A DNA stretch of 64,000 nt. It comes from Cyanophora paradoxa CCMP329. Lineage: Eukaryota; Plantae; Glaucophyta. Position 1 is the stretch's first letter. Each line of letters starts with the position of its first letter. The DNA lies in contig QPMI01000662.1 in the NCBI GenBank assembly GCA_004431415.1, forward strand, positions 117,747 through 181,746. The letters run 5' to 3'. This document shows positions 11,577-22,756 of this stretch, one piece after another. The notes beneath the pieces were generated by a model that made no database searches, was not told where the DNA came from, and saw only the letters and a list, made by a program, of their open reading frames with translations. A program made the position numbers and the translations under genes.

Positions 11577-12581
11577 ATGCCTGTGGAATACGTTGAAGTG
11601 TCTTCCTTCAAAACGCTACCTAATCTGGATGCTCCAACATCACGATTTGTTGCGGATCTCCCAAAGACGTATGAGAATGTAAGAGCGGTTCGCCTTGTCT
11701 CCGCTGAATTCTATAACTCCATCCCACTCATTAGCGGTGAGACAGAACCTGGTGATGCAACAGTTGAGGATGCTTTTATTATCAATTTCAGCCAAAAATC
11801 CACATCCACCGGTGCAAATGCTCCTGAGATTCTATATGATAGTTGGCGTTCTATTCGACCTGGTGCAGGTCTAAAAACCCCAATCAATACTCATCAACAA
11901 CTCGTTGCCCGAATCAATAACCGTTTTGAGAATCTCTCGCCTCCTTCTGCAATTCGCTGTGGTTGGGATGTAGCCCAAAAAAAAGTTATCTTTTATGCTC
12001 CTGTGGAGTTCTATATATGCTTCTCATATGCAAAAGATCCTTCTGTTTCTGCAATCGAAAAAGCGCTACGACACGCTCGAATCTTGGGTTTGGATGCTGG
12101 ACGCTGGGGAAACAAGTTTATTAAATCACAGACCTATGGAACAGATACAAGCTCCGTTTTTACAGGTGCAAATGTAAATGGTATTATCTCGACATTCCCA
12201 ACTGAAACCTGTAAAGATAATGTCTTTTTCGTGAGAGTAAAAGAACTGGGTGACCTCGTCCAATGTGCCGATGGTCTCCTTACTGGATACTTCCATAAAC
12301 TCACGGTTCAAGATAAAGACTTTGCGGAACACGTTGTTTACAATTCGACGGAAGCAAATCCGCTGTATAAATATTATAATAAGAAACTATCACTATCGCA
12401 ATTATCGGTAGATGTTGTGAATGCTCAAAATGAATTAATTGATTTCGAGGGGCAACCTGTGCATCTGACATTCGAGATCCGCTATGGTGATGAACCTGCC
12501 GGCGATCCGATTTATGAGTATTTCAAAATGAGAATGAGAGAAACCCACCCCTTCTATCCAAATATTGCGGGATTCGCGTAA
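11577..12581 (+). CDS. Minor capsid protein (penton) 2, paralogue
   Basis: FVADLPKTYENVRAVRLVSAEFYNS...ARILGL...LSQLSVDVVNAQNELIDFEGQPVHLTFEIRY shows the same penton N- and C-terminal signature. Confidence 0.7.
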   Translation: MPVEYVEVSSFKTLPNLDAPTSRFVADLPKTYENVRAVRLVSAEFYNSIPLISGETEPGDATVEDAFIINFSQKSTSTGANAPEILYDSWRSIRPGAGLKTPINTHQQLVARINNRFENLSPPSAIRCGWDVAQKKVIFYAPVEFYICFSYAKDPSVSAIEKALRHARILGLDAGRWGNKFIKSQTYGTDTSSVFTGANVNGIISTFPTETCKDNVFFVRVKELGDLVQCADGLLTGYFHKLTVQDKDFAEHVVYNSTEANPLYKYYNKKLSLSQLSVDVVNAQNELIDFEGQPVHLTFEIRYGDEPAGDPIYEYFKMRMRETHPFYPNIAGFA

Positions 12582-12635
12582 ATTAAGGATCATTCACAGA
12601 ATTTTTATATTTTTGTATAGTAAAAGCAAAACAGA

Positions 12636-14033
12636 ATGGATGTTACCTCGACCCTTCAACGTCTTTCTCTGAAAGAGGCGCTAACAACGCCCGAGGAAGC
12701 CAAAGCGTTCTTCCTCGATAACTCGCTTATGCTTGGTCTCGAATCGAAGACGAAACCCGTTCTCGTAACTGTTAGTCCATCGACAACCTATGACAACAAC
12801 GTAGGTCAACGCGTTTCTTTCAAACTTCCCCGCTACAACTTTGTTGGTAAAATCGAACTCGCTTTCGATCTTCCCGAACTAACCGCTTTCGAAGGCGATA
12901 CCGACCTGGTGCGCAATGGTTACACCCGCCCCGTAGGTGCGCTTGTAGAGCGTCTTGAATTCTCGTATGGCTCGTATACCTACCACGTGCCGTCTGATTT
13001 CCTGGCGATTTTCCCACTGGTCTACTATTCAGAAGATCAACTGGCAAAAAAGAAGCGCTCTATGGGAATGCTCCATGGTATTCCCGCTCACGGAACCAAC
13101 CGTAAAGGTGGCGCTTTCTTCGTTGAGATTCCGGTGCCGTGGTTGAACCACTACCTACCACTTGGCGCTCTCTCGGGTGAAGCCGTTATCACTGTGTGGT
13201 TTAAGGAAGCCAACAAGGGTTACCTTGAAACTTCTTATGGTGGTCGCTCTCTTCCAGTTGTTACTGATGCTGCCGATAAATCCACCGATGATGGACTGGG
13301 AAGCGCTACCAATGTTACACTTGCTAATGTTGGTCAAAACATCACCACTGGTGAAATTACTGGGTTCGAAGTTGCTGGAACTGTTCCTCCAATGACCCAT
13401 TACATCTCCATTAAGTCTCCTCGTCTCTACATGCATGCTATTAACGTTTCAGATGAACTATTTGCTACTGTTATTGAGAAGGTTAAGACCACGGGGATGG
13501 CTATTCCCGCTCTCGATATCGGTTTCGTCGATGCAATCGGTGTTCAGGCAAAAGGTAACACTCAACCCAACCGAATCAATCTTAGCCAAATCTCCGGTCT
13601 GGTTTATGCTCTTCTTGTCTCTGTTCGCGATGCTGATGGTGTCGATACTTCCAATGGTTCTCACAGCGTCCTTAAAACGCTTGCGAATGCGAAGGATATC
13701 ACGATGACTTGTGAGATCAATGGACAGCGTCTGTATTCCACGGAGCCAATCCCGCTACTCAAAGGAGCGGAACTCATCGCCGATGCCTTCAAATGCTCAA
13801 ACATGGACAAGGAAGCAAACCGTTACGTCCTTACCGGTCTTCCATTCTGTGTTGATGGTGAGAAGGCGATTCGCAACATTGCCCAATCTGGATATGTTGA
13901 CCTTACGAACTCGTCGTCATCATTCCTTACTCTGTATCTTCCTGCTAATCGCACAATTACTGTTAACGTTCGCGCTCTCATGCATTCGTTCATTATTGTC
14001 GATAAGGACGGAATTCGCCGCATTAATCTCTAA
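12636..14033 (+). CDS. Major capsid protein, double jelly-roll (465 aa)
   Basis: GQRVSFKLPRYNFVGKIELAFDLP, LVERLEFSYG, FFVEIPVPW...LPLGAL and the C-terminal SGYVDLTN match DJR-MCP patterns. Size and position between pentons and ATPase also fit. Confidence 0.8.
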   Translation: MDVTSTLQRLSLKEALTTPEEAKAFFLDNSLMLGLESKTKPVLVTVSPSTTYDNNVGQRVSFKLPRYNFVGKIELAFDLPELTAFEGDTDLVRNGYTRPVGALVERLEFSYGSYTYHVPSDFLAIFPLVYYSEDQLAKKKRSMGMLHGIPAHGTNRKGGAFFVEIPVPWLNHYLPLGALSGEAVITVWFKEANKGYLETSYGGRSLPVVTDAADKSTDDGLGSATNVTLANVGQNITTGEITGFEVAGTVPPMTHYISIKSPRLYMHAINVSDELFATVIEKVKTTGMAIPALDIGFVDAIGVQAKGNTQPNRINLSQISGLVYALLVSVRDADGVDTSNGSHSVLKTLANAKDITMTCEINGQRLYSTEPIPLLKGAELIADAFKCSNMDKEANRYVLTGLPFCVDGEKAIRNIAQSGYVDLTNSSSSFLTLYLPANRTITVNVRALMHSFIIVDKDGIRRINL

Positions 14034-14094
14034 ACCATTATCAGTAAGATTTCGTTATTTTTATCTGTCTTTATTAAGAAGAATCTACAACACC

Positions 14095-14877
14095 ATGTCT
14101 GACGTTCCCGAATTTAATGCTGCTGAGATGATAAACCCACCATTCCGTGTCTTAGCAATTGGAAAATCTGCAACGGGTAAAAGCGAAGCGGTCAAGTATT
14201 GGCTAAAACAGCTACATGATGCGAAAAAGATAGATGTGGTTCTCGTTGTAAGTGGGACGAGTTTCAATCATTTCTGGGATAAAGTAGCAACATTGCAACT
14301 CGGTAAATGGGATGCGCCTTACATCGCTAAACTTCTCGATGAAAGACAAGAGAAAATTGAGAAAGGAGAACCCGTTAACCAATTATGTGTCGTTCTCGAT
14401 GATCTTATAGACAATGAGATAGTCGATCTAACCCGTGATAAAATTATTGGAAGTCTTTACAGCCGTGGAAGACATTCGAAAATTTCGATTATCTGCATAA
14501 CTCAGAAACTGCGTAAGGTTTCTTCAACCATTCGTGTCAATTCGGATTATGCAATGTTCCTAAGTGCCGCCAATCGCAAAGAACTGGAAGCCATTGAAGA
14601 AGAATACAATATCATGCGGGATAAAGACGCTTTCTATAAGATGTTTGAGGAATACGTTCACTCCTATCAGTTTCTCATTTGGAGTTCTGCGAATTATTCG
14701 GTGGAATACTATGTTGATAAAGCGGAACTCGTTAAAGAGTTTGGGTTTCCTCGGTTTCACAGAAAGCCCAAAAAGAAAGAAGACGAATTAAAACCACCCG
14801 AGAAGGAGGAAGCGCCAAAAGAGATAAAGAGCGCTGTTCACACGAATAAGTTGATGCGATATAAGAGGGGATTGTAA
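14095..14877 (+). CDS. A32-like (FtsK/HerA) DNA packaging ATPase
   Basis: Walker A GKSATGKS, Walker B VVLDD, and RGRHSKISIICITQ...IRVNSDY. Start taken at the in-frame ATG 14095 of ORF 13711-14877. Confidence 0.92.
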   Translation: MSDVPEFNAAEMINPPFRVLAIGKSATGKSEAVKYWLKQLHDAKKIDVVLVVSGTSFNHFWDKVATLQLGKWDAPYIAKLLDERQEKIEKGEPVNQLCVVLDDLIDNEIVDLTRDKIIGSLYSRGRHSKISIICITQKLRKVSSTIRVNSDYAMFLSAANRKELEAIEEEYNIMRDKDAFYKMFEEYVHSYQFLIWSSANYSVEYYVDKAELVKEFGFPRFHRKPKKKEDELKPPEKEEAPKEIKSAVHTNKLMRYKRGL

Positions 14878-14905
14878 AATTATCTCTGTATGTTATAAAT
14901 ATACA

Positions 14906-15637
14906 ATGCCGCCGAAACGTAGAGGTGTTCCCGCTGGTGCAATGTCATATTCCGGCGGTGAAAGTCACGGATCTCTCAACACTACACCCATGAAATTCAA
15001 CGGAATGAGCGAAGTGAAACCATCACAACAGGAAGAAGACCCCTTAAATGCGGCGTATGAAGAAGCGCCCGGTGATAAAGCGCCGCAAACCTCCCAAAGT
15101 GAGCAACTGAACATTACGCCGGAAGTCTCGAAGATGAAGGCGGTCGGTGAAGGTGCGCGCCGGATTATCGGTGCTGCCGATGATCGTGAACTTGGTCTAA
15201 AAGATCTTTCACTCGCTCGCAAGGGTGAAGGTGTTTCCAAAGAATCCGATAAGGTAATTCAATCGATGGCTGGTGAAGTTACTTACAAGGTTGCGCCAAC
15301 TCAAAACATCCACCGAATCCCGAAAGCGCAATGGGATGAGATGACCGCTAAATTAAAGGATCTGGAAGCAAAATCAAGCGCTCTTGAACAGTATGTAACT
15401 GAGAAGAAGGAGCGATCGAAAATCAAGGAAATGCTGCGCAAAGAGGTATTCCGAATGGGTATTACCGGTCTTCCCGATAAGCAGTTTATTGGTAAGAAGG
15501 AGACTCAAATTGATGAACAAGCGGTAGATGAGTTGAAGACAAAGACCCAAAAGGGAACTGTTGAACCTGGTGCTACCAAAGCGGAAGTCGACAAAGGTGT
15601 AGCTCCCACAGCATACAAGCGGAGAGTTTGGCTTTAA
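14906..15637 (+). CDS. Hypothetical charged protein (243 aa), possible virion core protein
   Basis: Intact ORF beginning MPPKRR with a coiled-coil-like segment; function is only inferred from position. Confidence 0.6.
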   Translation: MPPKRRGVPAGAMSYSGGESHGSLNTTPMKFNGMSEVKPSQQEEDPLNAAYEEAPGDKAPQTSQSEQLNITPEVSKMKAVGEGARRIIGAADDRELGLKDLSLARKGEGVSKESDKVIQSMAGEVTYKVAPTQNIHRIPKAQWDEMTAKLKDLEAKSSALEQYVTEKKERSKIKEMLRKEVFRMGITGLPDKQFIGKKETQIDEQAVDELKTKTQKGTVEPGATKAEVDKGVAPTAYKRRVWL

Positions 15638-15663
15638 TTATATATTGTTTAAAGAGGGAATCA

Positions 15664-15882
15664 ATGGAGTTTCTGAAAAAGATCATTGAGATGTTTGAGA
15701 TGCATTGCGTAACCGATTGTCACAATGACTGCTGCGATACGAAATTCGAAATGGATTTCTCAGATGGTGGAAGCGATGGAGGGCGAAGGCAATCACAAGA
15801 TTCGATAACAACTGAGACAGTCACCGTTACAGAAACAGAGACTGTCCGTCGCCGATCGTTTGCGCAAAACGATCATAAATAA
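15664..15882 (+). CDS. Small Cys-rich hypothetical protein
   Basis: MEFLKKIIEMFEMHCVTDCHNDCCDT..., in-frame ATG within ORF 15628-15882. Confidence 0.45.
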   Translation: MEFLKKIIEMFEMHCVTDCHNDCCDTKFEMDFSDGGSDGGRRQSQDSITTETVTVTETETVRRRSFAQNDHK

Positions 15883-16087
15883 TATCTTTGGTTATGGTAT
15901 CGAATGCTCGAAGAGATCTACGCCATCATACTATCGAAACGACAGATTTACGCCGTTAAATCTGCAATTGAAGAACGTAGACACCAACTGGCTTTGGTCA
16001 ACAAAAAATGACACCATAAAATACTTAAAGACATCAGGCATAATACAGAGTGGTAAAACATTTTCTCAACTACATATAAAGGGGAAC

Positions 16088-16324
16088 ATGGCGACTGTAA
16101 TTCATATAACCGAAGACATGATTAGCGTTGTCGAATTCGGCGATGAAGAAGAGGAGACCCGCGCCAATTACAAGATGAGAGATGCTCTAAGGAAGCGAAC
16201 GCTCTACAACGAAGACCCGGTTTATCGGGAGTATAAGAAGGCGCAATCGCTCGCTTCATATTATCGTCGTAAGGAGCGGGAGGGAATTGAAAACAAGTCG
16301 CGGGGACGTCCACGAAAGTATTAA
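16088..16324 (+). CDS. Small basic protein with C-terminal AT-hook-like motif
   Basis: MATVIHITED...YYRRKERE...KSRGRPRKY*; RGRP is the AT-hook core. Confidence 0.55.
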   Translation: MATVIHITEDMISVVEFGDEEEETRANYKMRDALRKRTLYNEDPVYREYKKAQSLASYYRRKEREGIENKSRGRPRKY

Positions 16325-16530
16325 GGGAAATCCCCATTTGACCGCTGAACCCAATTACTCATTTTTCGAGCGGTCTATCGATATGCTTCGATAGATCCGT
16401 TACCATCTCCCGATTGCCGTTTTTGGTAATTGAAGAGATATCAACCACTTAAAGGTTAGCCGCCAAAAAATGATAGGAATCCGGAGAAACTCTTTTCTCC
16501 ATCATAGATAAGACACCCCCGATTATCGAG

Positions 16531-18871
16531 ATGAACGCTGCCGCCAAGAAATCCCTGAAACGCCTTGTTGATTGGCTTCGTGAAGACGATGTCCTGTCTG
16601 AGAATATCGTAATACCCGTTGATCCCGATACCAAAAAACCCCTTTTCGCCCATAAAGACGGATCGTGGACTTGGGATAAATTCGATGAAGCCCTGAAATC
16701 CGGTAAGTATGTTGCTTGGGGCATTCTCGCTCGCAATATCGTGGTTATCGACTTCGACCAAGAGGAGGATTTCACCAAATTCGAGGAGCAATTCCCGATG
16801 ATTTCGGTGGTGTCAATCCTCTTGCTAAAACCAAAAAAGGATATCATGTTTACTTCTCTCGTCCTTCTGACTTCGATGCTGTGAAGATCTGGGATAAAGC
16901 GGGTGCTTTCAAAGGTTATCCTAAGATCGACTGTAAGACAATTGCGTCCACTGGAACTGCTGGGTTGATCAACGTTTCCCCAAGCCCGGTAAAACTTGGA
17001 TCAGAGAACCATGGGCGGAAGGCTGTGAGTTGATCGAACCGAGTGCTGAACTCCAAAAGTGGATGATTGACAACTACCTTTTTCCGAAAGGCGGACACTC
17101 TTCTATTGATAGGAGCATTGAAGAGGATTTGCAGAAACACATTCTCCGGAAACTTGAAGAATTTGGTTTCATCTTACCCACAATCATTAATGAGACCGAG
17201 AAGGGTTACAGTTTCACTGCTGAGAACAAAGGTCTGATTTGTCCCTGCTGCAAGGGAAGCCATGACTCCAACAATTGGTATATACTTCAAGGGAACGAGA
17301 AAGACAAGTATATTGTTTCAAGTTATAGCACCAATTGCAAGAAGCGAGTTATGACGGTTCGCGTTCAAGCTGATACCGATGTTCAGATTGAAAAGCTAAT
17401 TGATCGGTCGATTGGATCTGATGGCGGACATTATGATGTTGCCCAGGTTGCTTTTCTTGTTCTGCGAGACAGCTACAAGTATTCAAACAAGACGTGGTTC
17501 AAGTTCAACGAGGCTTACGGAATCTGGGAGATGGATGAGACCGGGAAACGAATCTATCTGTGTTTGAGTTGCAGGGTTTGCCCGGCTTATCTTCAACGTG
17601 CTGTGCAATTCGCTCAGAGAGCGCTTCGTGATGAAGAGAATCGTGCATCTTTGGAGGAGAGATCACAGGTTCTTCTTGGTATCGCAAAGAAACTCAAACA
17701 GACTAATTACCGAACTTCTCTTCTGTCTGATCTCACAGTTCTGATGAACGATAAGACATTCTTCGAGAGACTTGATACTGTTACCAATGTGATTGGATTC
17801 ACAAATGGCGTATTTGATCTGAATTCTATGACTTTCCGAAGGGGACTCCCAGAAGACATGATCAGTAAGACTGTTGGTTATGATTATTGCCCCGAGGTGG
17901 ATTCTGTGAAAGTCACCAAGATCCTTTCCATCTACTCTGACATCATCGAAGAGGAAATTGAGCGCAATTTCGTGATGGGTTCGATCGCTTTCTCTCTGAG
18001 TGGTCGCACAGATATTCAAAAGTTCAATTTCTGGACTGGAATTGGAGCCAATGGTAAATCTCTCGTTCAGGAGATGGTCAAGCAAACATTCGGACAGTAT
18101 TTCGGAACAATCAATATGTCATATTGGACGAAACCGAAAAAGAATGCATCAGACGCTACACCTGAACTTGCGGATATTCTGGGTCGTCGCATTATCTTTT
18201 CAAATGAAGCGGAAGATGGCGACAAGCTTCAAATTAGCAAGATCAAAGAGATTACAGGTGGTAACGAGATGAAGGTTCGCGCCCTGTTCAAAGATCCTGT
18301 TACCTACATTCCTATGGGTCAAATCTTCTTATCGACGAATGAGAACCTGGGGATGAGTAAACCCGATGCTGCGATTTACCGGCGACTCTCTTACTATCGT
18401 TTCTCTTGTGTCTTCAAGCCCAACCCTCAACCTGGTGAGAAGAAAGCGGATACTTCGCTTATGTCCATCATGAATGACGACGAATACAAGATGGCTCAAA
18501 TGTCGATCTTCTTGGACATGTGGAAGAAACAGGATCTTGCACAGCTGCTGATGAATCCGCCACAGTCTATCATCGATCAGGGACTTGAATACTTTAATGA
18601 TAACGATAAAATCGGGGAATGGCTCCGCAGCACTTATGAGAAGACCGGAAGCCGAAATGATTTCATTTCGAGTGAATCTATCATTGCTGGCTATCGTTCT
18701 GTTGATGATAAAACCGATGCCACGAGTATTGGAAAGCGAGTCCGCGAAGTCTTTAATGTGAAGTCTGAAACTGTTCGAGAAAGAGGTCAGGTGAAGCGTG
18801 GTTACTTCGGACTGAAAAAGAAGATTATGATTGAGGACGACGATGACGACGACGTAGAGGCTCCCAACTAA
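16531..18871 (+). CDS. Prim-Pol (AEP primase-polymerase) + Zn-binding + D5-type SF3 helicase fusion (~780 aa; two 1-bp frameshifts)
   Basis: VIPV...KKPL, IVVIDFD, TKKGYHVYF (Prim-Pol); CPCC..H..C; IGFTNGVFDL (D5_N); Walker A GIGANGKS; IKEITGG. Frames join by adding one C at about 16795 and one at about 16987. Confidence 0.85.
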
Positions 18872-18938
18872 TTACAACAAAACATACTATTCTTACTGAT
18901 AATTCATACTTTTTTTATAACCTTACTGAAAACAGTAA

Positions 18939-19030
18939 GTGTAACAGGTGTAACAGGTAAATCCCAAACTTCGCTCCTAGGGAGGTGAAAATCCGAAAAC
19001 TTTGGGATTTACCTGTTACACCCGTTACAC
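18939..19030. promoter_or_regulatory. Internal copy of the TIR iteron palindrome directly downstream of the primase-helicase gene
   Basis: GTGTAACAGGTGTAACAGGTAAATCCCAAA (18939-18968) pairs with TTTGGGATTTACCTGTTACACCCGTTACAC (19001-19030), one mismatch. The loop closely resembles that of the TIR copy at 36762-36854. Confidence 0.65.
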
Positions 19031-19291
19031 CGAATAAAAAATAAAAAATTGACTGGTGATTTAAAAATTGAACGTGTGTCTCAGTTGAAAATGAATAACG
19101 TCAAAATGAACCAATCAATTGTGGAAGGTGATTTGGAAGAGGTTGCAAAGTTCATAAAGTATAATTGTGGTATCAATAACAGGCGGAAGAGAAACTATGT
19201 TACTATATATATTCCAAAGGAAACAACGGTGAGAATCATTAGAACTTAATGCGTTCAAACTCTAAAATAAAAATGTTCCTTTATAGCAAAG

Positions 19292-22200
19292 ATGCCCCGC
19301 CAAACGAACAGACTGATCAAAGAAAAGAAAAATGAAATACTTGGATTGTTAGGAACTCTCTTAGTTACAGGTGAGATCACCGAAGCGGAATACGATAGAG
19401 AAGCCGCCATCTTAGATAGACGACCGCGATTAGGACAACTCACTGAGATTGCAAATGACCTCTACAATCGCATGCAGAGGATGGAGGAGTTCATGGATGA
19501 AGGACAGAGATTAGGAGCAATTGACCCGGACATTGAAGATGGTCAAGCAATGAATCAAGCGTATTCGTGGTTGACCTATCGCGCCCGAAATGAAGTTGTC
19601 GTGGATGCTATCGAATTCCTCGAAAGAATCGCACCAAGTCTACCGCAACGCATTAGAACCCGCTTAGATCAACTGAGAGCGGTTAAAGTCCGTCTTACTT
19701 TCGTTTGCAAATTCACCAAAGTAGGTAATCCGCGCATCTATATCACCAAATTCATTTACAGCGATTATTTCGTAATTACCCGATCCCGCAACATAGACAC
19801 AGAAGTTCGCAAAGCGTTACAGAAAATGCAAGAGGAGATGACGCAAGTGGATAGTTACCGTTTAGAGAAGATCGAAATACTTAGAGGCATTATCATGTCT
19901 TATGCACCTGTGGGAGGATGCTATTTCGCAACTCCCGAATGGATCGCATCCAAGAAAGCGACGGTGAATGTTAAGAATATCGACGGGCAAGATTGCTTCA
20001 AGTATGCGATTTTGGCTTACCTGCATCGAAAGGACATCAATAAACACAAGAGTAACGAACCGAGCCAATACCGCCGATGGTTAAATGAACTCAATTTCGA
20101 TGGTATTCAGTTTCCCGTTGCCTGTGATGCTGAGGTAATCGATCGATTCGAAGAACTGAACCCCGAACTCTCTATTAACATTTACGGAGCCGATAACGCC
20201 AAAGAGTGTTTCTATCCTCTCCATCAATCAAGTAACCCAAGAAGAAAGACCAAGATTAATCTTTTACTTATCGAAAACACCGAAGATGATCGGGACACTA
20301 CATTACTATCATGTCTTTTAGTCGTCTTCTGAAAACTACGTTTGATAAAGCATGTGATGGTCGCATTTACTACTGTGAAACCTGCTTGTCGCGTTTCAGA
20401 ACTCAGGAGAAATTAGACATGCATGTTGAAGCGAATCGCTGCATTGATTGGAGGGAGAGCAAAGGCAAATGCCCAAAAGCGGGAAGCGTAATTGAATTCG
20501 GTCTGCAACACTTGCGTAAAACTGTGTGGCTCCCTGTGATCTGTTACGTTAAAGTCGAAGATCATTCGGTCGCTATTGATGCTCAGAGGAGTAAACGTGA
20601 GATTAAAGCGGTTTCATTGCGAGTGGTAATGGGAGACGAAGTGAGAGCATACCATTTCGAGGGAATCGATCCGCTCGGTTCTCTCTTTGTAACTCTCCAA
20701 GATATCAGACCCGAAATCGTTGAGACGCTATTTAGAAATATTCCGATGCATCCACTCACAGATGATCAGAAGGCGGAATACAAGGTAACAAAACACTGTT
20801 ACATTTGCTCTCAGAGATTCACCCACGAAAACTTCCCGGTTCGAGATCATTGCCACCAATCCGGCGATTTCATCGGAAAGGCATGCCGAAACTGTAACCT
20901 CCACCGGCGAATTTCGAAGCAAACCAAAGTAGCTATCGTGGTGGATCACATGGATGAATGCGGACACGGAATATTCCGCAAGATTGCACAGCAAGACGAT
21001 AAACTTCGTGTTGAGATTCTGAGCAAGAATTTCGATCAATACCTATCGCTTCAATGGGGCATGTGGAAGTTCATTGATGCTTCCCATTTCATGGATTTCC
21101 AATCTGTGGATGTGGGCGATTTAATGAGAAAGTTTGAAGCATTCCGCAAATTGGCGTTTTCTCAATATGGATTGGATCCCGCACATTATGTTAGCGCACC
21201 AGGTCTCTCTTGGGACGCTATGCTCAAACATACGAAAGTTAAGATTGAACTTATCGATGATGTAGAGAAATACGAATTTGTTGAGAGAGCCATTAGAGGT
21301 GGATTTGCTACCATGCCCACACGATACGCAAAGGTAGAGAATGCTGACGATCATATAGTTTTGTTGGACGCAAATAATCTTTATGGGTATGCTCTCAGCC
21401 AACCACTACCTATCGGAGATTATCGATGGGAAGATGTCACAGAGGCACTTAAAGAGGTAGAGGGTCGAAGCGCATTTATTGAAGTTGACCTTGAATACCC
21501 CACATCGCTTGAAGAACATTATGATTTCCCACTGATTGTGAATAAAGAAGTGATCACCAATGAGATGCTTGGTGATTATCAACAGAAACTATTAGATCTG
21601 ACGGGCGAAAAGATCAGCAAAGACCCCAAACTTACAGCGACATTTACACCCAAGAATAAATACGTGATTGCTCGACCTCTTCTTAATTACATCGTTAAGA
21701 AGGGTGTTGAAATCAAGAAAATAAATAAGGTTCTCTCTTTCGCTACTTCCCCATTCATGAAGTCTTACATTGGTTTGAATACTCTTCTCAGGCATGAATC
21801 TACTAACCATTTCGAAAGCGACTTCTTTAAACTCATGAACAATGCAATTTACGGTAAATGCTTGGAATCTTGCAGGGTCGCTCAACTGTCAAGATCGCTA
21901 ACAGTGAGAAACTCTGTAAGAAATACGCAGCAAGTCCGCTTATCAAAGCGACCAATGTATTAAACGAGAATGCCGTTGCCTTTGAGATGTATTCGAAGCA
22001 TGTGAACTTAGATAAACCCGTAGCAATTGGCGCTTTCGTTTTGGATTTTGCGAAACTACATAACTATCGGTTCTTCTATGATGTAGTAAGGAAGAAGTGG
22101 GAAACCGCTAAATTACTGTTCCACGATACCGATTCGTTCTGTCTTTTCCTGAAAACCAATAATCTGAACGAAGATATGAAAGAGATAGGTGAGTATCTCG

Positions 22201-22571
22201 ATAGGAGCAATTACGATAAATCCCATCCTCTCGTGAGTATCAAAAACCGCATGGTTCCAGGTAAATATAAAAATGAGTTCCCAAATGCAAAGATCATGGA
22301 GTATGTGGGTCTGAGATCGAAACTCTATGCTTTCAGAACTGAGACCAACGAAAGAGTAAAGATGTCGGGGACTTCCTCGAAAGAGGTTCATTTTGATGAT
22401 TTTAAGAGATGTCTGTTCGAAGGCATCATAAAAACAGTATCAGTAACAAACAAGCGAAGGCAAGACCACAACTTATATGACTTGGAGAGCAGAAGGGTCG
22501 CTCTAAACCAACTCGATAGCAAACGGAAGATATCAGCCGACGGCATTCACAGCATTCCATTTGGTCTTTAA
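19292..22571 (+). CDS. Polinton-type protein-primed family B DNA polymerase (~1090 aa; two 1-bp frameshifts) with vOTU-like N-terminal domain and EndoVII/HNH insert
   Basis: KKATVNVKNIDGQDCFKYAILA...INLLLIE...GHY; CYIC...VRDHCHQSG...CRNCN; GLDPAHYVSAPGLSWDAML; motif A DANNLYG; motif B KLMNNAIYGK; motif C DTDS; GLRSKLY. Frameshifts at about 20292 and about 21870. Confidence 0.92.
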
Positions 22572-22756
22572 TATACTTGCTCAATACTTCTCTTTTTATT
22601 TTTTCGATCTCCAAGTAGCAGCAAACCACGGATCAGATGCAGCAACCATATGCACCTTAAACCGGGGTCATTTGGATCGATCGCAAAGTAGTTTGGTTTC
22701 GGGTGTTCTGTCCAAACCGGCTCGTCCATTATTAATATATTGAAAATAAAGTAAAG

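Noticed and set aside
13711-14094. N-terminal extension of the ATPase ORF
   Set aside because: It overlaps the MCP in another frame; homology starts at the ATG at 14095.
16790-21880. Programmed ribosomal frameshifting in the primase-helicase and PolB
   Set aside because: No consistent slippery heptamers were seen, the shifts split essential domains, and the same 1-bp loss occurs in a non-coding TIR, so sequencing error or mutation is simpler.
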